Of a stretch of DNA of 64,000 nt, positions 10,425 through 20,552 are shown piece after piece; within the stretch, counting starts at the first letter, position 1; each line of letters begins with the position of its first letter. The stretch is from sequence record NZ_CP106961.1. One strand, given 5' to 3'. A model generated the notes under the pieces. The model saw only the letters and a program-made list of their open reading frames with translations, was not told where the DNA came from and ran no database searches. The position numbers and the translations under genes are program-made. The DNA comes from a plasmid.

Positions 10425-11333
10425 GTGGACAACCTCAGTCGTTTGCTTTCCTTATTTACTCCAGCATGTAGCGTTAATCTTCACTGCCGTTTTGCCGGGC
10501 GCTGGGATGTCGACCACCCGCAACAAGCCGCCGGTATTGTGCCCTGGCATGTCATTCTTCGTGGCGAAACGCGGCTCATTGTTGAAGGAAAGACGTTCGA
10601 TGTGCGCGCCGGTGATATCATTCTGTTCCCGCACGGATCCCCGCATTTATTGCAAAGCCTGGTGGACTGGGGGCAGGTTGTTCCTGCTCAGGTCAACAAT
10701 AATGGCATTGTCACTGATGTGTGGACGGAAGGACCGGGGCCTGCGGTTGAGGTATTGTGTGGAGAGTTTCATTTCGGGCCGGGTTATCGCTGGATGTTCG
10801 CCGATGAAACGGTACTGATCCATCTCCGTGCCGATGAGCAACACGATTGCCCTGAGCTGGAAACGCTGCTGGTAATGCTGGTACGCGAAAGTCTGGGTGG
10901 TTTACCGGGCGGTGCGAGTATCGTTAAGGGGCTGGCAGATACGTTGCTCGCGCTAATCCTGCGTATTTTGCTGTCGCTGCACGAGCCTCCTGCGGGTGTT
11001 TTACGGCTACTGAGCGACAAACGTCTTGCTCCTGCCGTTCTGGCCGTTATCGCTGATCCTGCATTGCCATGGACGATGGAGTCGATGGCGCAACGCTGTT
11101 TTCTCTCACGCGCCACCTTCGCCCGCCACTTTTCACACAGCTATCATCAGACGCCCCAAGTCTGGCTCAACCAGTTACGTATGGTGTTAGCGGCAAGACT
11201 GCTTTCAGAAGAGAAAAATCTGACAGCAGAGAGAGTGGCTGAACAGTGTGGTTTTTTGTCTCTGTCGTCTTTTTCTAAAGCGTTCAAAAAAACCTATGGC
11301 ATAACGCCTGCTCTGCACCGTAAACGTGGGTAG
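10425..11333 (+). CDS. AraC-family transcriptional regulator (cupin N-terminus plus AraC HTH)
   Basis: The C-terminal HTH_AraC signature (…LTAERVAEQCGFLSLSSFSKAFKKTYGITP) is present. Confidence 0.8.
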   Translation: MDNLSRLLSLFTPACSVNLHCRFAGRWDVDHPQQAAGIVPWHVILRGETRLIVEGKTFDVRAGDIILFPHGSPHLLQSLVDWGQVVPAQVNNNGIVTDVWTEGPGPAVEVLCGEFHFGPGYRWMFADETVLIHLRADEQHDCPELETLLVMLVRESLGGLPGGASIVKGLADTLLALILRILLSLHEPPAGVLRLLSDKRLAPAVLAVIADPALPWTMESMAQRCFLSRATFARHFSHSYHQTPQVWLNQLRMVLAARLLSEEKNLTAERVAEQCGFLSLSSFSKAFKKTYGITPALHRKRG

Positions 11334-11351
11334 AGTGAACCATGCCGTAAA

Positions 11352-12287
11352 TTAACGCCCTGCGCGAAGCGACTGAGGTGGAATGCCATACCCGCGAATA
11401 AACACCTCCCGCATATGTCGTCTGTCGCGAAAACCGGACTCGCGGGCAATGGCATCCAGTGATAGGCGGCTTTGTTCAATCATTAATCTGGCAGCCTCAA
11501 GTCGGAGTCCTTCAATGGCTTTTGCCGGAGATTTACCCGTCTCCTGACGAAAAAGGCGGCTAAGTTGGCGGGCACTGATATGTACCGCATCTGCCAGCAG
11601 TTCCACCGTCAGTGTTTTGTGCAGATTATTACGGGCATATTCCAGCGCAGTTTGCAGACGGTCTGAGCGGGGTGCCAGGGCAAGAATTTCTGAATGCTGC
11701 GTCTGACCGCCGGAACGGCGCTGGTTCATTACCAGACGATGTGCCACAGTACGGGCAATGTCTGCGCCGAGATCTTTCTCCACCATGCCGAGTGCCATAT
11801 CCAGCCCGGCTGTCATGCCAGCCGATGTCCAGATAGTGTCATCAATAATAAAAATACGATCATCTTCAAGCTGAATAGTGGGATGTCGCGAAGCCAGGCT
11901 GTGTGAGTGTGCCCAGTGCGTAGTGGCGCGTTTTTGCTCCAGCAGCCCGGCCTGTGCCAGTACAAATGCCCCGGTGCAGATCCCGGCAATCCGGCGCGTC
12001 TGGCGGGCGGTGGCTTGCAGAAAGTGAATGACACCCGGGCTAGCCGGTTCATCCACTGGCGATAATACGCCCGCCACCAGCCAGGTATCCACCTGCGTTT
12101 CCTCGCTCAATTTTGCCGAGTCTACACCAATACCCGAAGAAGAACGTACAGTCCCACCGTGTTCGGAGTAGACCTCGGGTTGATAAAACGGACTTTCAGT
12201 CACCAGATTGGCAAACTCAAATACCGTCAGCGTAGACAGCGCCAGCATCTGGAAATGGTCGGCAATGATGAGTCCTAAACGGTGCAT
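11352..12287 (-). CDS. GlxA-family regulator (DJ-1/PfpI domain plus AraC HTH)
   Basis: 311-aa ORF with a DJ-1-like N-terminus (…AGICTGAFVLAQAGLL) and an AraC-type C-terminus. Confidence 0.8.
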   Translation of the reverse strand: MHRLGLIIADHFQMLALSTLTVFEFANLVTESPFYQPEVYSEHGGTVRSSSGIGVDSAKLSEETQVDTWLVAGVLSPVDEPASPGVIHFLQATARQTRRIAGICTGAFVLAQAGLLEQKRATTHWAHSHSLASRHPTIQLEDDRIFIIDDTIWTSAGMTAGLDMALGMVEKDLGADIARTVAHRLVMNQRRSGGQTQHSEILALAPRSDRLQTALEYARNNLHKTLTVELLADAVHISARQLSRLFRQETGKSPAKAIEGLRLEAARLMIEQSRLSLDAIARESGFRDRRHMREVFIRGYGIPPQSLRAGR

Positions 12288-12297
12288 CTCAACTCCT

Positions 12298-13500
12298 TTA
12301 TGACAGGTGAACCGCCTGATATTTCGCAGAACGTGCTCGTAACCATTCAGACGTCCACAGACTGGCCAGTGCCAGCAGCAGGAACAGGACTGAGCTTATC
12401 ATTACTCCGTAAAACCCCGACAGCGGATAAAGCCATGATGCCACCGCCGACCCAAAACCAATACCGCAGAACATAAAGGCGCTGGTTAACGCCAGCGAAA
12501 TTCCACGCGTTTCCGCGGTCGAGATCTCCACAATACGTCGCTGTTGAGTGGGCCATAACAGGTCAGTGGAGAAGGCCCAGACCACCAGCAGGATATACAA
12601 CAATGACAACTGAGCAGGTAGCAGAATAATAATCAGCATATCCGCAACCAGTAAGGTCAGACCGGCAACCAGTAATTGCTCTGCACTGTAGTGGCGTGCG
12701 GCGCGAGTAACAAAAAGATTCCCCACAATACCCGCAATGCCGATAACAGCCAGCGCTATCGATACGGAAGATATATCCCCCTGCCAGCGATCTCGGATAA
12801 TCGGAGAGATAAAGGCATACATATCGTATACACCGGAGGTGATAAAAAAGACCACCAGAAAGGCTGTCAGCGTTTTCCCCTCTGTAAGTACCCGGGCGAC
12901 CTGCCGCAAATGAATATCGGCACCTTTGACCTCGTTCGGAACCAGAATCCACACTCCCGCCGCCGTCACCAGGCTGACCAGTGTGACAAGCATGAACAGC
13001 AAGCGAGCCCCCCAGGCGCTGGCTACCCATGTCGCAAGCGGAATACCGACCATGCTGGCCATCGACACCCCGAGCAGAATAGTGGCAATGGCACTGCCAC
13101 GCTCTTTCGGCGCGACCAGCTCAGCGCCGAGCGCGACCAGAACTGGGCCTATCAACGATGCCCCCAGCCCCATCACAATCCGCGAAGCCACCAGCAGCTT
13201 GTAGTCTGGAGCAATGGCAAATATAAAGGCCCCGAGCCCAAATACCAGCATGCCTGCCAGCACCTGTGTTCTGCGCATCAGCTTGCCGAACAGTACCTGC
13301 GCCAGCGGTGCGCCCAGCGCAAATGTCAGACCAAAAATAGAGAGCAGGCGGGCACTTTGTGCATCGCTTATCCCCCACTCCTGAGAAATCGAACCCAGGC
13401 TGCCCGCCACGGAAAGTGAACCCGTCGCCTGAATAAAATACGCCAGACTTAGCGCCCATAACGCGCGCCTTTGAGATGTTGTCAGATGATTTTGCATCAT
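12298..13500 (-). CDS. MFS transporter
   Basis: 400-aa ORF with 12 predicted TM segments and an MFS motif (G.L.D..GRR-like). Confidence 0.8.
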   Translation of the reverse strand: MMQNHLTTSQRRALWALSLAYFIQATGSLSVAGSLGSISQEWGISDAQSARLLSIFGLTFALGAPLAQVLFGKLMRRTQVLAGMLVFGLGAFIFAIAPDYKLLVASRIVMGLGASLIGPVLVALGAELVAPKERGSAIATILLGVSMASMVGIPLATWVASAWGARLLFMLVTLVSLVTAAGVWILVPNEVKGADIHLRQVARVLTEGKTLTAFLVVFFITSGVYDMYAFISPIIRDRWQGDISSVSIALAVIGIAGIVGNLFVTRAARHYSAEQLLVAGLTLLVADMLIIILLPAQLSLLYILLVVWAFSTDLLWPTQQRRIVEISTAETRGISLALTSAFMFCGIGFGSAVASWLYPLSGFYGVMISSVLFLLLALASLWTSEWLRARSAKYQAVHLS

Positions 13501-13539
13501 AAACTCCAGGGATGGGGCAGTTACCTGCCCCTGAGTCGG

Positions 13540-14301
13540 TCAGGCAACCGGAATGGGGTTATCTACCATTGACTGATTAAACGCGTTCACCATCTCGTGT
13601 TCGTTCACACCCGGATTCGCACGTGCAGGGAGCACACTATCTACAATCACTTCAATGGAATCTGTCGCCAGTTTGTCAAAAGTTTGCTGGATAAAATCAG
13701 CTACCGGCATCGCACGGGAATCACCGCTTTTGTAGATCAAATCGGTATCGACCCAAGGCGGTGAAATCTCGATCACATTCACACCGGCATCGCGCAGTAA
13801 AAAACGCTGCGACAGGGTATAAGAATGAATCGCTGCTTTGGTTGCTGAGTAGAGTGCATTCGTCACCAAGGGTAAAAAAGCCAGAATCGAACTGTTGTTG
13901 ATCAATACCGCATCCGGTTGTTGTTTCAGGTGCTCAACAAAGGCTGAACTGACCCGAACAGTGCCCAACAGGTTCGTGTCCAGTAAGGTGGTGGCCATAT
14001 CGTCATCCAGTTCGGCAGCTGGATTATCGAAGGGCATAATGCCAGCGTTATTGATCACCACATTCAGGGCCGGATAGCGGGAGAGCACCTCTTTCGCCGC
14101 CGATTTAATGCTGGATACATCGGTGACATCCAGTACCACGGAATCCATTCCCGGATTGGCGGACGTAACCGTGTCAAGAAGAGCTTTACGACGGCCTGAA
14201 ATGATCACCTGATTACCCATTTGATGAAATTTTTCTGCCATCTCGCGGCCAATACCCGACGTGCCGCCAGTGATAAAAATAGTGTTGCTTGTCAGTTTCA
14301 T
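13540..14301 (-). CDS. SDR-family oxidoreductase
   Basis: TGGTSGIG Rossmann motif. The start is set at MKLTSNTIF. Confidence 0.8.
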   Translation of the reverse strand: MKLTSNTIFITGGTSGIGREMAEKFHQMGNQVIISGRRKALLDTVTSANPGMDSVVLDVTDVSSIKSAAKEVLSRYPALNVVINNAGIMPFDNPAAELDDDMATTLLDTNLLGTVRVSSAFVEHLKQQPDAVLINNSSILAFLPLVTNALYSATKAAIHSYTLSQRFLLRDAGVNVIEISPPWVDTDLIYKSGDSRAMPVADFIQQTFDKLATDSIEVIVDSVLPARANPGVNEHEMVNAFNQSMVDNPIPVA

Positions 14302-14330
14302 ACGGTTATTCCTGTTGGCTAAATACAAGG

Positions 14331-15146
14331 CTAGTGAGTAAGTCCGGCACGATAACGGCCGGCGGGTACATTGCTGGAGAGGTGCGGGATCATAGCCTGG
14401 CGACTACTTTCCATCGCCTGCCAGTAAGCTTCGTTATGCAGTGACGGGATGGTGACAAATTCCCCGTTAAGAAAACCCGTAAGCGCCGCGTCCACCAGAT
14501 CGTAAGCGCTCATTACTATTGACTTATCGAGTTGGTCAAGGGGTAAACCACCGTTATCCCAGAACGGCGTTGCTGTCGCGCCCGGCAGCACGGCCTGAAA
14601 ATGGATGCCCTTTTCAGAGAGTTCATGATGCAGTGACTGAGTGAATGCCAGAACAAAGGCTTTTGTGCCGCCGTACACGCCGTTAAGCAGTTCCGGCGCA
14701 AGGCTGACAATCGATGAGATATTGATGATGGCACCCACACCTCGCGCGACAAATCCGGGAACCACGCTGTAAGTCAGACGGGTCAGAGCAACGACATTGA
14801 GATTAATCATCGCCTGCATTTGATCGACATCGCTCGACAACAACGGCGTATGAGTTCCGACACCGGCATTGTTCACCAGGAGAGTAATGCTGTCATCGGC
14901 ACGCAGTTTTTTCTCCAGAGCAGCAAGCTGTTGGGCATCACCCAGATCGGTTGCCAGCACTTCCACATTGCGGGCGGTGTCAGCAGTGATGTGACTCGCC
15001 ATCTGATTTAGGCGGTTATGATTACGGGCGATAATGGTAAGGTCGTATCCCATGCGCGCCAGTCGACTGGCGTAAACGGCACCGATGCCGGTGGATGCAC
15101 CAGTGATTACGGCAGTGCCTTTACCCGGTTGTGTTGCGACACTCAT
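14331..15146 (-). CDS. SDR-family oxidoreductase
   Basis: TGASTGIG and NNAG motifs. Confidence 0.8.
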   Translation of the reverse strand: MSVATQPGKGTAVITGASTGIGAVYASRLARMGYDLTIIARNHNRLNQMASHITADTARNVEVLATDLGDAQQLAALEKKLRADDSITLLVNNAGVGTHTPLLSSDVDQMQAMINLNVVALTRLTYSVVPGFVARGVGAIINISSIVSLAPELLNGVYGGTKAFVLAFTQSLHHELSEKGIHFQAVLPGATATPFWDNGGLPLDQLDKSIVMSAYDLVDAALTGFLNGEFVTIPSLHNEAYWQAMESSRQAMIPHLSSNVPAGRYRAGLTH

Positions 15147-15509
15147 TGCAGACTCCTTTCGATCACCATTGATTCGATGAGAGAATCATAAGTGAGAAAG
15201 AAATGTCGTAAATGACAATTATGGTAGTTATTTAGGACATTGCGTATTTCTGTTCAAGTAACGGGCAGGAGAGAAAGTAACTATCGGGCTGCGGTTTCAT
15301 TTCAGACACATAAGACTACTTACGGTGTGTAGTAATGTCCGCTCCTGGCACGGAGCGGACCAGCTAACTGAGCTGAAGGTCCGCTGTGAGCGAAAAGCGG
15401 ACATCCAAGAATTGATGAAAAGTACAACATCTTCAGGTAATAAATAAATTTCGCCGAAATAATGTAATTACCGACCCGAAGGCCGGTAATTGTTAACACT
15501 GATAACCTT

Positions 15510-16496
15510 TTACCACGCGTAAGCTTCAGGTGCCTCTCCGCCTGGCCCCGGCCAGATGGTATCCAGCCTTTTGAGCGTATCGTCTGAAAGAGACAGCGTC
15601 AGGGCATTGAGATTCTGACGGAGCTGTTCAACTGTACGCGGACCACTGAGCACGGCGCTAACCACCGAGTTCTGCAGTAGCCAAGCCAGCGCGACGTCTG
15701 ATGGTGTTTCCCCCAGCTCATCACACAGTGTTTCCCAGGCCTCCAGTTGTGGCCGCAGGCGGTTGATTTGTGCCTGCAACTGCGGTGATGCCCGGCGGCC
15801 ACCGGCAATTTTCTTCAGAACACCGCCCAGCATCCCCATCCCGACCGGGCTCCAGGGGATCAGGCCAATGCCGTAATGACGCAGCGCCGGAATGATTTCT
15901 AGCTCAATCGTGCGCTGGGTCAGATTGTACAGGCTCTGTTCCGATGCCAGCCCCAGCAGGTTGCGCGCGTCAGCCTTGCACTGTGCAGTGGCAATATCCC
16001 AGCCAGCAAAGTTACTGCTGCCAACGTAGCTGATTTTACCCTCTCGGATCAGCTGTTCCATGGCCTGCCAGATCTCCTCCCAGGGCGTGTTCCGGTCGAT
16101 ATGGTGCATCTGATAGAGATCGATATGGTCCGTTTTCAGCCTTTTCAGGCTGGCCTCACAGGCCCGCCGGATATGGTAGGCAGACAGGTATTTGTCGTTC
16201 GGCCCCGTGTCCATCGGCTGGTAAACTTTCGTGGCCAGCACTATCCGGTCACGCTGACCACTACGCGCCAGCCAATTACCGATGATTTCTTCGGATGTTC
16301 CGTAACCCTTTGCCATATCCGGTGACTGCGGCCCGCCATAGACGTCAGCGGTATCGAAAAAGTTGATACCTGCATCCACGGCTTCATCCATGATCCTGAA
16401 GCTGGCAGACTCATCCGTCAGCTCACCGAAATTCATGGTACCGAGACCGATGCGGCTCACCCGCAGACCGGTACGCCCCAGATGTTTGTAATTCAT
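15510..16496 (-). CDS. Aldo/keto reductase
   Basis: 328-aa ORF with an AKR signature (GLGTMNFG...DTADVYG). Confidence 0.85.
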   Translation of the reverse strand: MNYKHLGRTGLRVSRIGLGTMNFGELTDESASFRIMDEAVDAGINFFDTADVYGGPQSPDMAKGYGTSEEIIGNWLARSGQRDRIVLATKVYQPMDTGPNDKYLSAYHIRRACEASLKRLKTDHIDLYQMHHIDRNTPWEEIWQAMEQLIREGKISYVGSSNFAGWDIATAQCKADARNLLGLASEQSLYNLTQRTIELEIIPALRHYGIGLIPWSPVGMGMLGGVLKKIAGGRRASPQLQAQINRLRPQLEAWETLCDELGETPSDVALAWLLQNSVVSAVLSGPRTVEQLRQNLNALTLSLSDDTLKRLDTIWPGPGGEAPEAYAW

Positions 16497-16521
16497 GTCA
16501 AATGCTCCTTAACTGAACGTG

Positions 16522-17550
16522 TTATTGCAGATTTTTACGGAAAAAGTCTTTCAGCTTGTCAAAAGGGATGACGTCGGTACGGTCATACAGATCGACATGC
16601 CCTGCGCCCGGTACGACATACAGTTCTTTAGGCTGACCGGCGCGTTTGAAAGCGTCCTCGCTGAACTCTTTTGAGTGAGCCTGATCGCCGGTAATAAACA
16701 GCATCGGGCGCGGCGAGATGGTTTCAATATCGTTGAACGGATAGAAGTTCATAAACTTGCCAATACTGCTCAGCATCGGTTTCGTCGTCAGTTCTTCTTT
16801 CTGACCCTGTGGGGTGTAGCCGCCGCGTTCGGTGCGGTAGAAATCAAAGAACTCGCGCTGAATATCAGGCGTTGAAGCGTCCAGTGTATTCACGGTACCG
16901 GGAATGTAGGCCGTCTCGCCTCCCTGAAACTCTGCTAAACGCTGCTCTGTGGCTGACCGGATAAAGGCCTTTCGTTGTTCCGGCGTCTGGGAATGGTTGA
17001 GGCCGTTGCGAAATGCAGCCCCCATGTCATACATGCTGACGGTGGCAATGGCTTTCATACGCGGGTCAATCTTGGCAGCACTGATAACAAAACTTCCGCT
17101 GCCGCAGATACCTAATACACCGATGCTATCCGGATCGACAAACGGCTGTGTGCTTAGATAATCAACCGCCGCGCTGAAATCATCTGTGTAGATTTCCGGT
17201 GAAATCAGGTGCCCCGGTTTGCCCTCGCTTTCTCCCCAGAAAGAGAGATCGATAGCCAGCGTGACAAACCCCTGCTCCGCCAGCTTCTGCGCATAGAGAT
17301 TCGAACTCTGTTCCTTAACGGCTCCCATCGGGTGACCAACGACGATCGCCGGGTGTCGGGTATTCTGGTTCATCTTTTTCGGGATAAACAGGTTGCCGAC
17401 CACGGCCATCTGATACTGGTTTTTAAAGGTGACTTTTTGCTGCGTCACCTTATCGCTTTTATAAAAATTATCGGCCCCACGGGACATATCCGCCGCAGAG
17501 GAAGCAAATGCACTGATCAACAGCCCCAGCGCTAACGTAAATTTTTTCAT
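16522..17550 (-). CDS. Secreted alpha/beta-hydrolase (dienelactone-hydrolase-like)
   Basis: The start is set at MKKFTLALGLL (signal peptide) with an AAGGAG RBS. A GxSxG-like GICGSG nucleophile elbow is present. Confidence 0.7.
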   Translation of the reverse strand: MKKFTLALGLLISAFASSAADMSRGADNFYKSDKVTQQKVTFKNQYQMAVVGNLFIPKKMNQNTRHPAIVVGHPMGAVKEQSSNLYAQKLAEQGFVTLAIDLSFWGESEGKPGHLISPEIYTDDFSAAVDYLSTQPFVDPDSIGVLGICGSGSFVISAAKIDPRMKAIATVSMYDMGAAFRNGLNHSQTPEQRKAFIRSATEQRLAEFQGGETAYIPGTVNTLDASTPDIQREFFDFYRTERGGYTPQGQKEELTTKPMLSSIGKFMNFYPFNDIETISPRPMLFITGDQAHSKEFSEDAFKRAGQPKELYVVPGAGHVDLYDRTDVIPFDKLKDFFRKNLQ

Positions 17551-17566
17551 GATGGTCTCCTTATCA

Positions 17567-18613
17567 TTAAGCCAGGGTGGCGTTATCAATGACAAACCGG
17601 TAATGCACATCGCCCCTGAGCATGCGCTCATAGGCATCGTTAATCTGGTCGGCGCGGATAAGCTCAATGTCGGCGACAATGCCGTGTTGGGCGCAGAAAT
17701 CGAGCATCTCCTGCGTTTCAGGAATGCCGCCAATCATCGACCCGGCAATCGATCTGCGCTTCATGATGAGGCTGAACACTTCTGGCGAGCCATGCGGCGT
17801 GGCCGGCGCACCCACCAGGGTCATCGTGCCATCGCGTTTCAGCAGCGCAGTGAACACGTCGAGGTTATGCGGCGCAGCAACGGTGTTGAGGATAAAATCG
17901 AAGCTCTTTGCATGGGCTTCCATTTCGCTGGCATGACGGGAGACCACCACCTCATCTGCACCAAGCGCTCTGGCGGCGTCACGTTTGGACTCAGACGTGG
18001 TAAAGGCTACGACATGCGCGCCCATGGCGTGCGCAAGCTTGATCCCCATATGCCCCAGTCCACCGATACCGACCACGCCGACCTTTTTGCCGGGGCCCGC
18101 CTGCCAGTGACGCAGCGGTGAGTACGTTGTGATCCCTGCGCACAGCAGCGGAGCCACGGCGGCTAGTTGCGCTTCTGGGTGAGTGACGCGCAGGACATAG
18201 CGCTCATGCACCACAATCTGCTGCGAATATCCGCCCAGCGTGTGGCCCGGCGCATCCGGCGTTGGGAAATTGTATGTCCCTGTCATATGGTCGCAGTAGT
18301 TCTCCAGTCCGTCGTCACAGTCACTGCAGTGCCGGCAGCTGTCGACAATGCAGCCGACCCCCACCAGGTCCCCTGCACAAAAACCGGAGACGTGATCGCC
18401 AACGGCCACGACACGACCGACAATTTCATGTCCCGGTACGCAGGGATAGAGCGTTCCAGCCCATTCAGCGCGTACCTGGTGGATATCCGAATGGCAGACT
18501 CCGCAGTACGCGATATTAATCTGCACATCATGGGCACCGGGGGCGCGACGGGTGATATCCATCGGCTCCAGCGGCAGTGTGCCCGCATGGGCACCGTAAG
18601 CTTTAACTGTCAT
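17567..18613 (-). CDS. yahK: Zn-dependent NADPH alcohol/aldehyde dehydrogenase, YahK-like
   Basis: 348-aa ORF closely resembling E. coli YahK (GVCHSDIH...GHEIVGRVVAVG; GIGGLGH). Confidence 0.8.
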   Translation of the reverse strand: MTVKAYGAHAGTLPLEPMDITRRAPGAHDVQINIAYCGVCHSDIHQVRAEWAGTLYPCVPGHEIVGRVVAVGDHVSGFCAGDLVGVGCIVDSCRHCSDCDDGLENYCDHMTGTYNFPTPDAPGHTLGGYSQQIVVHERYVLRVTHPEAQLAAVAPLLCAGITTYSPLRHWQAGPGKKVGVVGIGGLGHMGIKLAHAMGAHVVAFTTSESKRDAARALGADEVVVSRHASEMEAHAKSFDFILNTVAAPHNLDVFTALLKRDGTMTLVGAPATPHGSPEVFSLIMKRRSIAGSMIGGIPETQEMLDFCAQHGIVADIELIRADQINDAYERMLRGDVHYRFVIDNATLA

Positions 18614-18629
18614 GGCATTACTCCTGGGT

Positions 18630-19847
18630 TTATGAATGGTCTGCGGCAGAAGTGTCTGCCCGCGAGGTCAGGAAGATCAGTACGGTTGCGATAATCAGCA
18701 TCGCGGCGCTGGCCAGGAAGGTGCTCTGGTAGCCGTGATGGTCGAAAAGCAGGCCGCCCAGCGTCGAACCGAGAGCAATGGACAGCTGCACCATCGCCAC
18801 CATCAGTCCGCCGCCCGCTTCGGCATTCTGAGGGAAGGTACGCGGAACCCATGCCCACCATCCCACCGGTGCGGCTGTGGAAATCAGCCCCCACAGCCCA
18901 AGCAGCGCCGTCACGATGGCTACCTGACTGCCGAAGGCAATCAGTGCCAGCGCGGTGATGGCCATCAGTACCGGGATGGCCATCAGGGTCGGGTAGAACC
19001 CGCGTTTTAACACCCGGCCAATCAGCGTAGTGCCGATGAAACCCGCGACACCAATAACCAGCAGGACCAGTGTCACTGTTGCGTCATCCACCCGCGTCAC
19101 CGTCTCAAGGAAAGGCCTGATGTAGGTAAAGAGCGTGAATTGCCCCATAAAGAAGATCCCCACACCCAGCATGCCCAGCGTGACCACCCGGCGACGAAAC
19201 AGCATGAAAACGTTGCGGGAAGCCGCCGCCTGACGGGTGACCGACATGGAAGGCAGACTGAGTAATTGCCAGACAAACGCGATGATGGCGACCGGCACCA
19301 GGCAGAAGAAGGCGCCCCGCCAGCCAACAACCGATCCGAGCCAGCTGCCCAGAGGGGCAGCCACGACGGTAGCCAGAGCATTGCCGCTGTTGAAAATAGC
19401 CAGCGCCAGCGGAACACGATGCACCGGGACCAGACGCATTGCCGTCGCGGCCGACATCGACCAGAACCCGCCGACCACAATGCCAATCAGGGCCCTGCCC
19501 GCCATATAGGTCAGGTAATTGGGTGCCATCGCAATAACAGCACCGGAAATTGCCATAATGCAGGTCAGGCCGAGCAGCAGCGTTTTCCGGTTAAGCGTGC
19601 CTGCCAGCACGGAAATAAACAGGCTGGTTACCACTGCAAATGCCCCGGAAATAGCGATGCCCTGTCCGGCCATGCCTTCGGTGACACGAAGGGTCTTCGC
19701 CATCGGTGTCAGCAGGCTGACCGGCATGAATTCGGAGGCGATCAGGGCGAAGACGCACAGCGTCATGGCAAAGACACCACTCCAGTGCGCAGGCTGTTTC
19801 CCGCTTCCGGTGTTTTTTTTTCTGTTTTCGTCTGTCTTATTACTCAT
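18630..19847 (-). CDS. MFS transporter (DHA1-type efflux)
   Basis: 405-aa ORF with 12 predicted TM segments. Confidence 0.8.
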   Translation of the reverse strand: MSNKTDENRKKNTGSGKQPAHWSGVFAMTLCVFALIASEFMPVSLLTPMAKTLRVTEGMAGQGIAISGAFAVVTSLFISVLAGTLNRKTLLLGLTCIMAISGAVIAMAPNYLTYMAGRALIGIVVGGFWSMSAATAMRLVPVHRVPLALAIFNSGNALATVVAAPLGSWLGSVVGWRGAFFCLVPVAIIAFVWQLLSLPSMSVTRQAAASRNVFMLFRRRVVTLGMLGVGIFFMGQFTLFTYIRPFLETVTRVDDATVTLVLLVIGVAGFIGTTLIGRVLKRGFYPTLMAIPVLMAITALALIAFGSQVAIVTALLGLWGLISTAAPVGWWAWVPRTFPQNAEAGGGLMVAMVQLSIALGSTLGGLLFDHHGYQSTFLASAAMLIIATVLIFLTSRADTSAADHS

Positions 19848-19974
19848 TCAGGGATTTCTTTTCAGTAGATAACATGAAGTCTGTGCCCCGGAGCCTTCAG
19901 CGCTGCAGGAAGAGCTGAAACGGCATACGGAGACGGGATAAGAGGGATAATCGCGGTACGGAAGGTGCTGCGGG

Positions 19975-20460
19975 TCAGTTGGCGACCCTGATCTGCACCG
20001 CAAGAGGTCCGTGGCGCTGCAGGACCGGCAGTCCGGAATCCACTTTCCCTAACGGGATCAGTGAACGGGCGTAAGCCCTGCCCCGGGCAAAAATCGCCAG
20101 GTTGCCCCAGGGCGCGTAGTAAGTGATATCTCCGGCTTCCGGCGTCATGCCGTCCGGTGCCTGCACCGTGGAAAGCCTGCGCGGCAGGTCGCTTATACGC
20201 TCAATATCGTCATAGTCTTCCAGCGTCAGGCTGAGGGGAAGCAAAGACGCAAAGTCCCGGCCTGTCGGCGTATCAAAGAGGGTGGCGGTGGCGGTTTCTC
20301 CCTCCACAATGATCTCAATTTTCATAAGCGTCTCCTGCGCCACTCCCCGGTCGTTGTCACCCGCCATAGCGGACTGCGTGACGAAAAGCAGGCCGGCAAG
20401 GAGCAGCAGTGATGTTCTGCGGTAAGCGTTTTGCATAAGGGTTAGCGTTGACTTTTTCAT
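19975..20460 (-). CDS. Secreted cyclophilin-like-fold protein
   Basis: 161-aa ORF with a signal peptide. It resembles the 'cyclophilin-like superfamily' proteins commonly annotated in Enterobacteriaceae. Confidence 0.5.
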   Translation of the reverse strand: MKKSTLTLMQNAYRRTSLLLLAGLLFVTQSAMAGDNDRGVAQETLMKIEIIVEGETATATLFDTPTGRDFASLLPLSLTLEDYDDIERISDLPRRLSTVQAPDGMTPEAGDITYYAPWGNLAIFARGRAYARSLIPLGKVDSGLPVLQRHGPLAVQIRVAN

Positions 20461-20552
20461 CGCATTATTGTTACCAATATGCAGCGGGTTAACTAGCTAA
20501 TGAATACTTAATACCCTTATAAGTAAAATTTATAAATGGACCGGAAACGAGC

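Noticed and set aside
12563-13459. Plus- and minus-strand ORFs (247 aa, 155 aa, 112 aa) overlapping the MFS transporter gene
   Set aside because: They lie in a GC-rich gene body with Cys/His/Arg-rich nonsense composition. The MFS frame is the real one.
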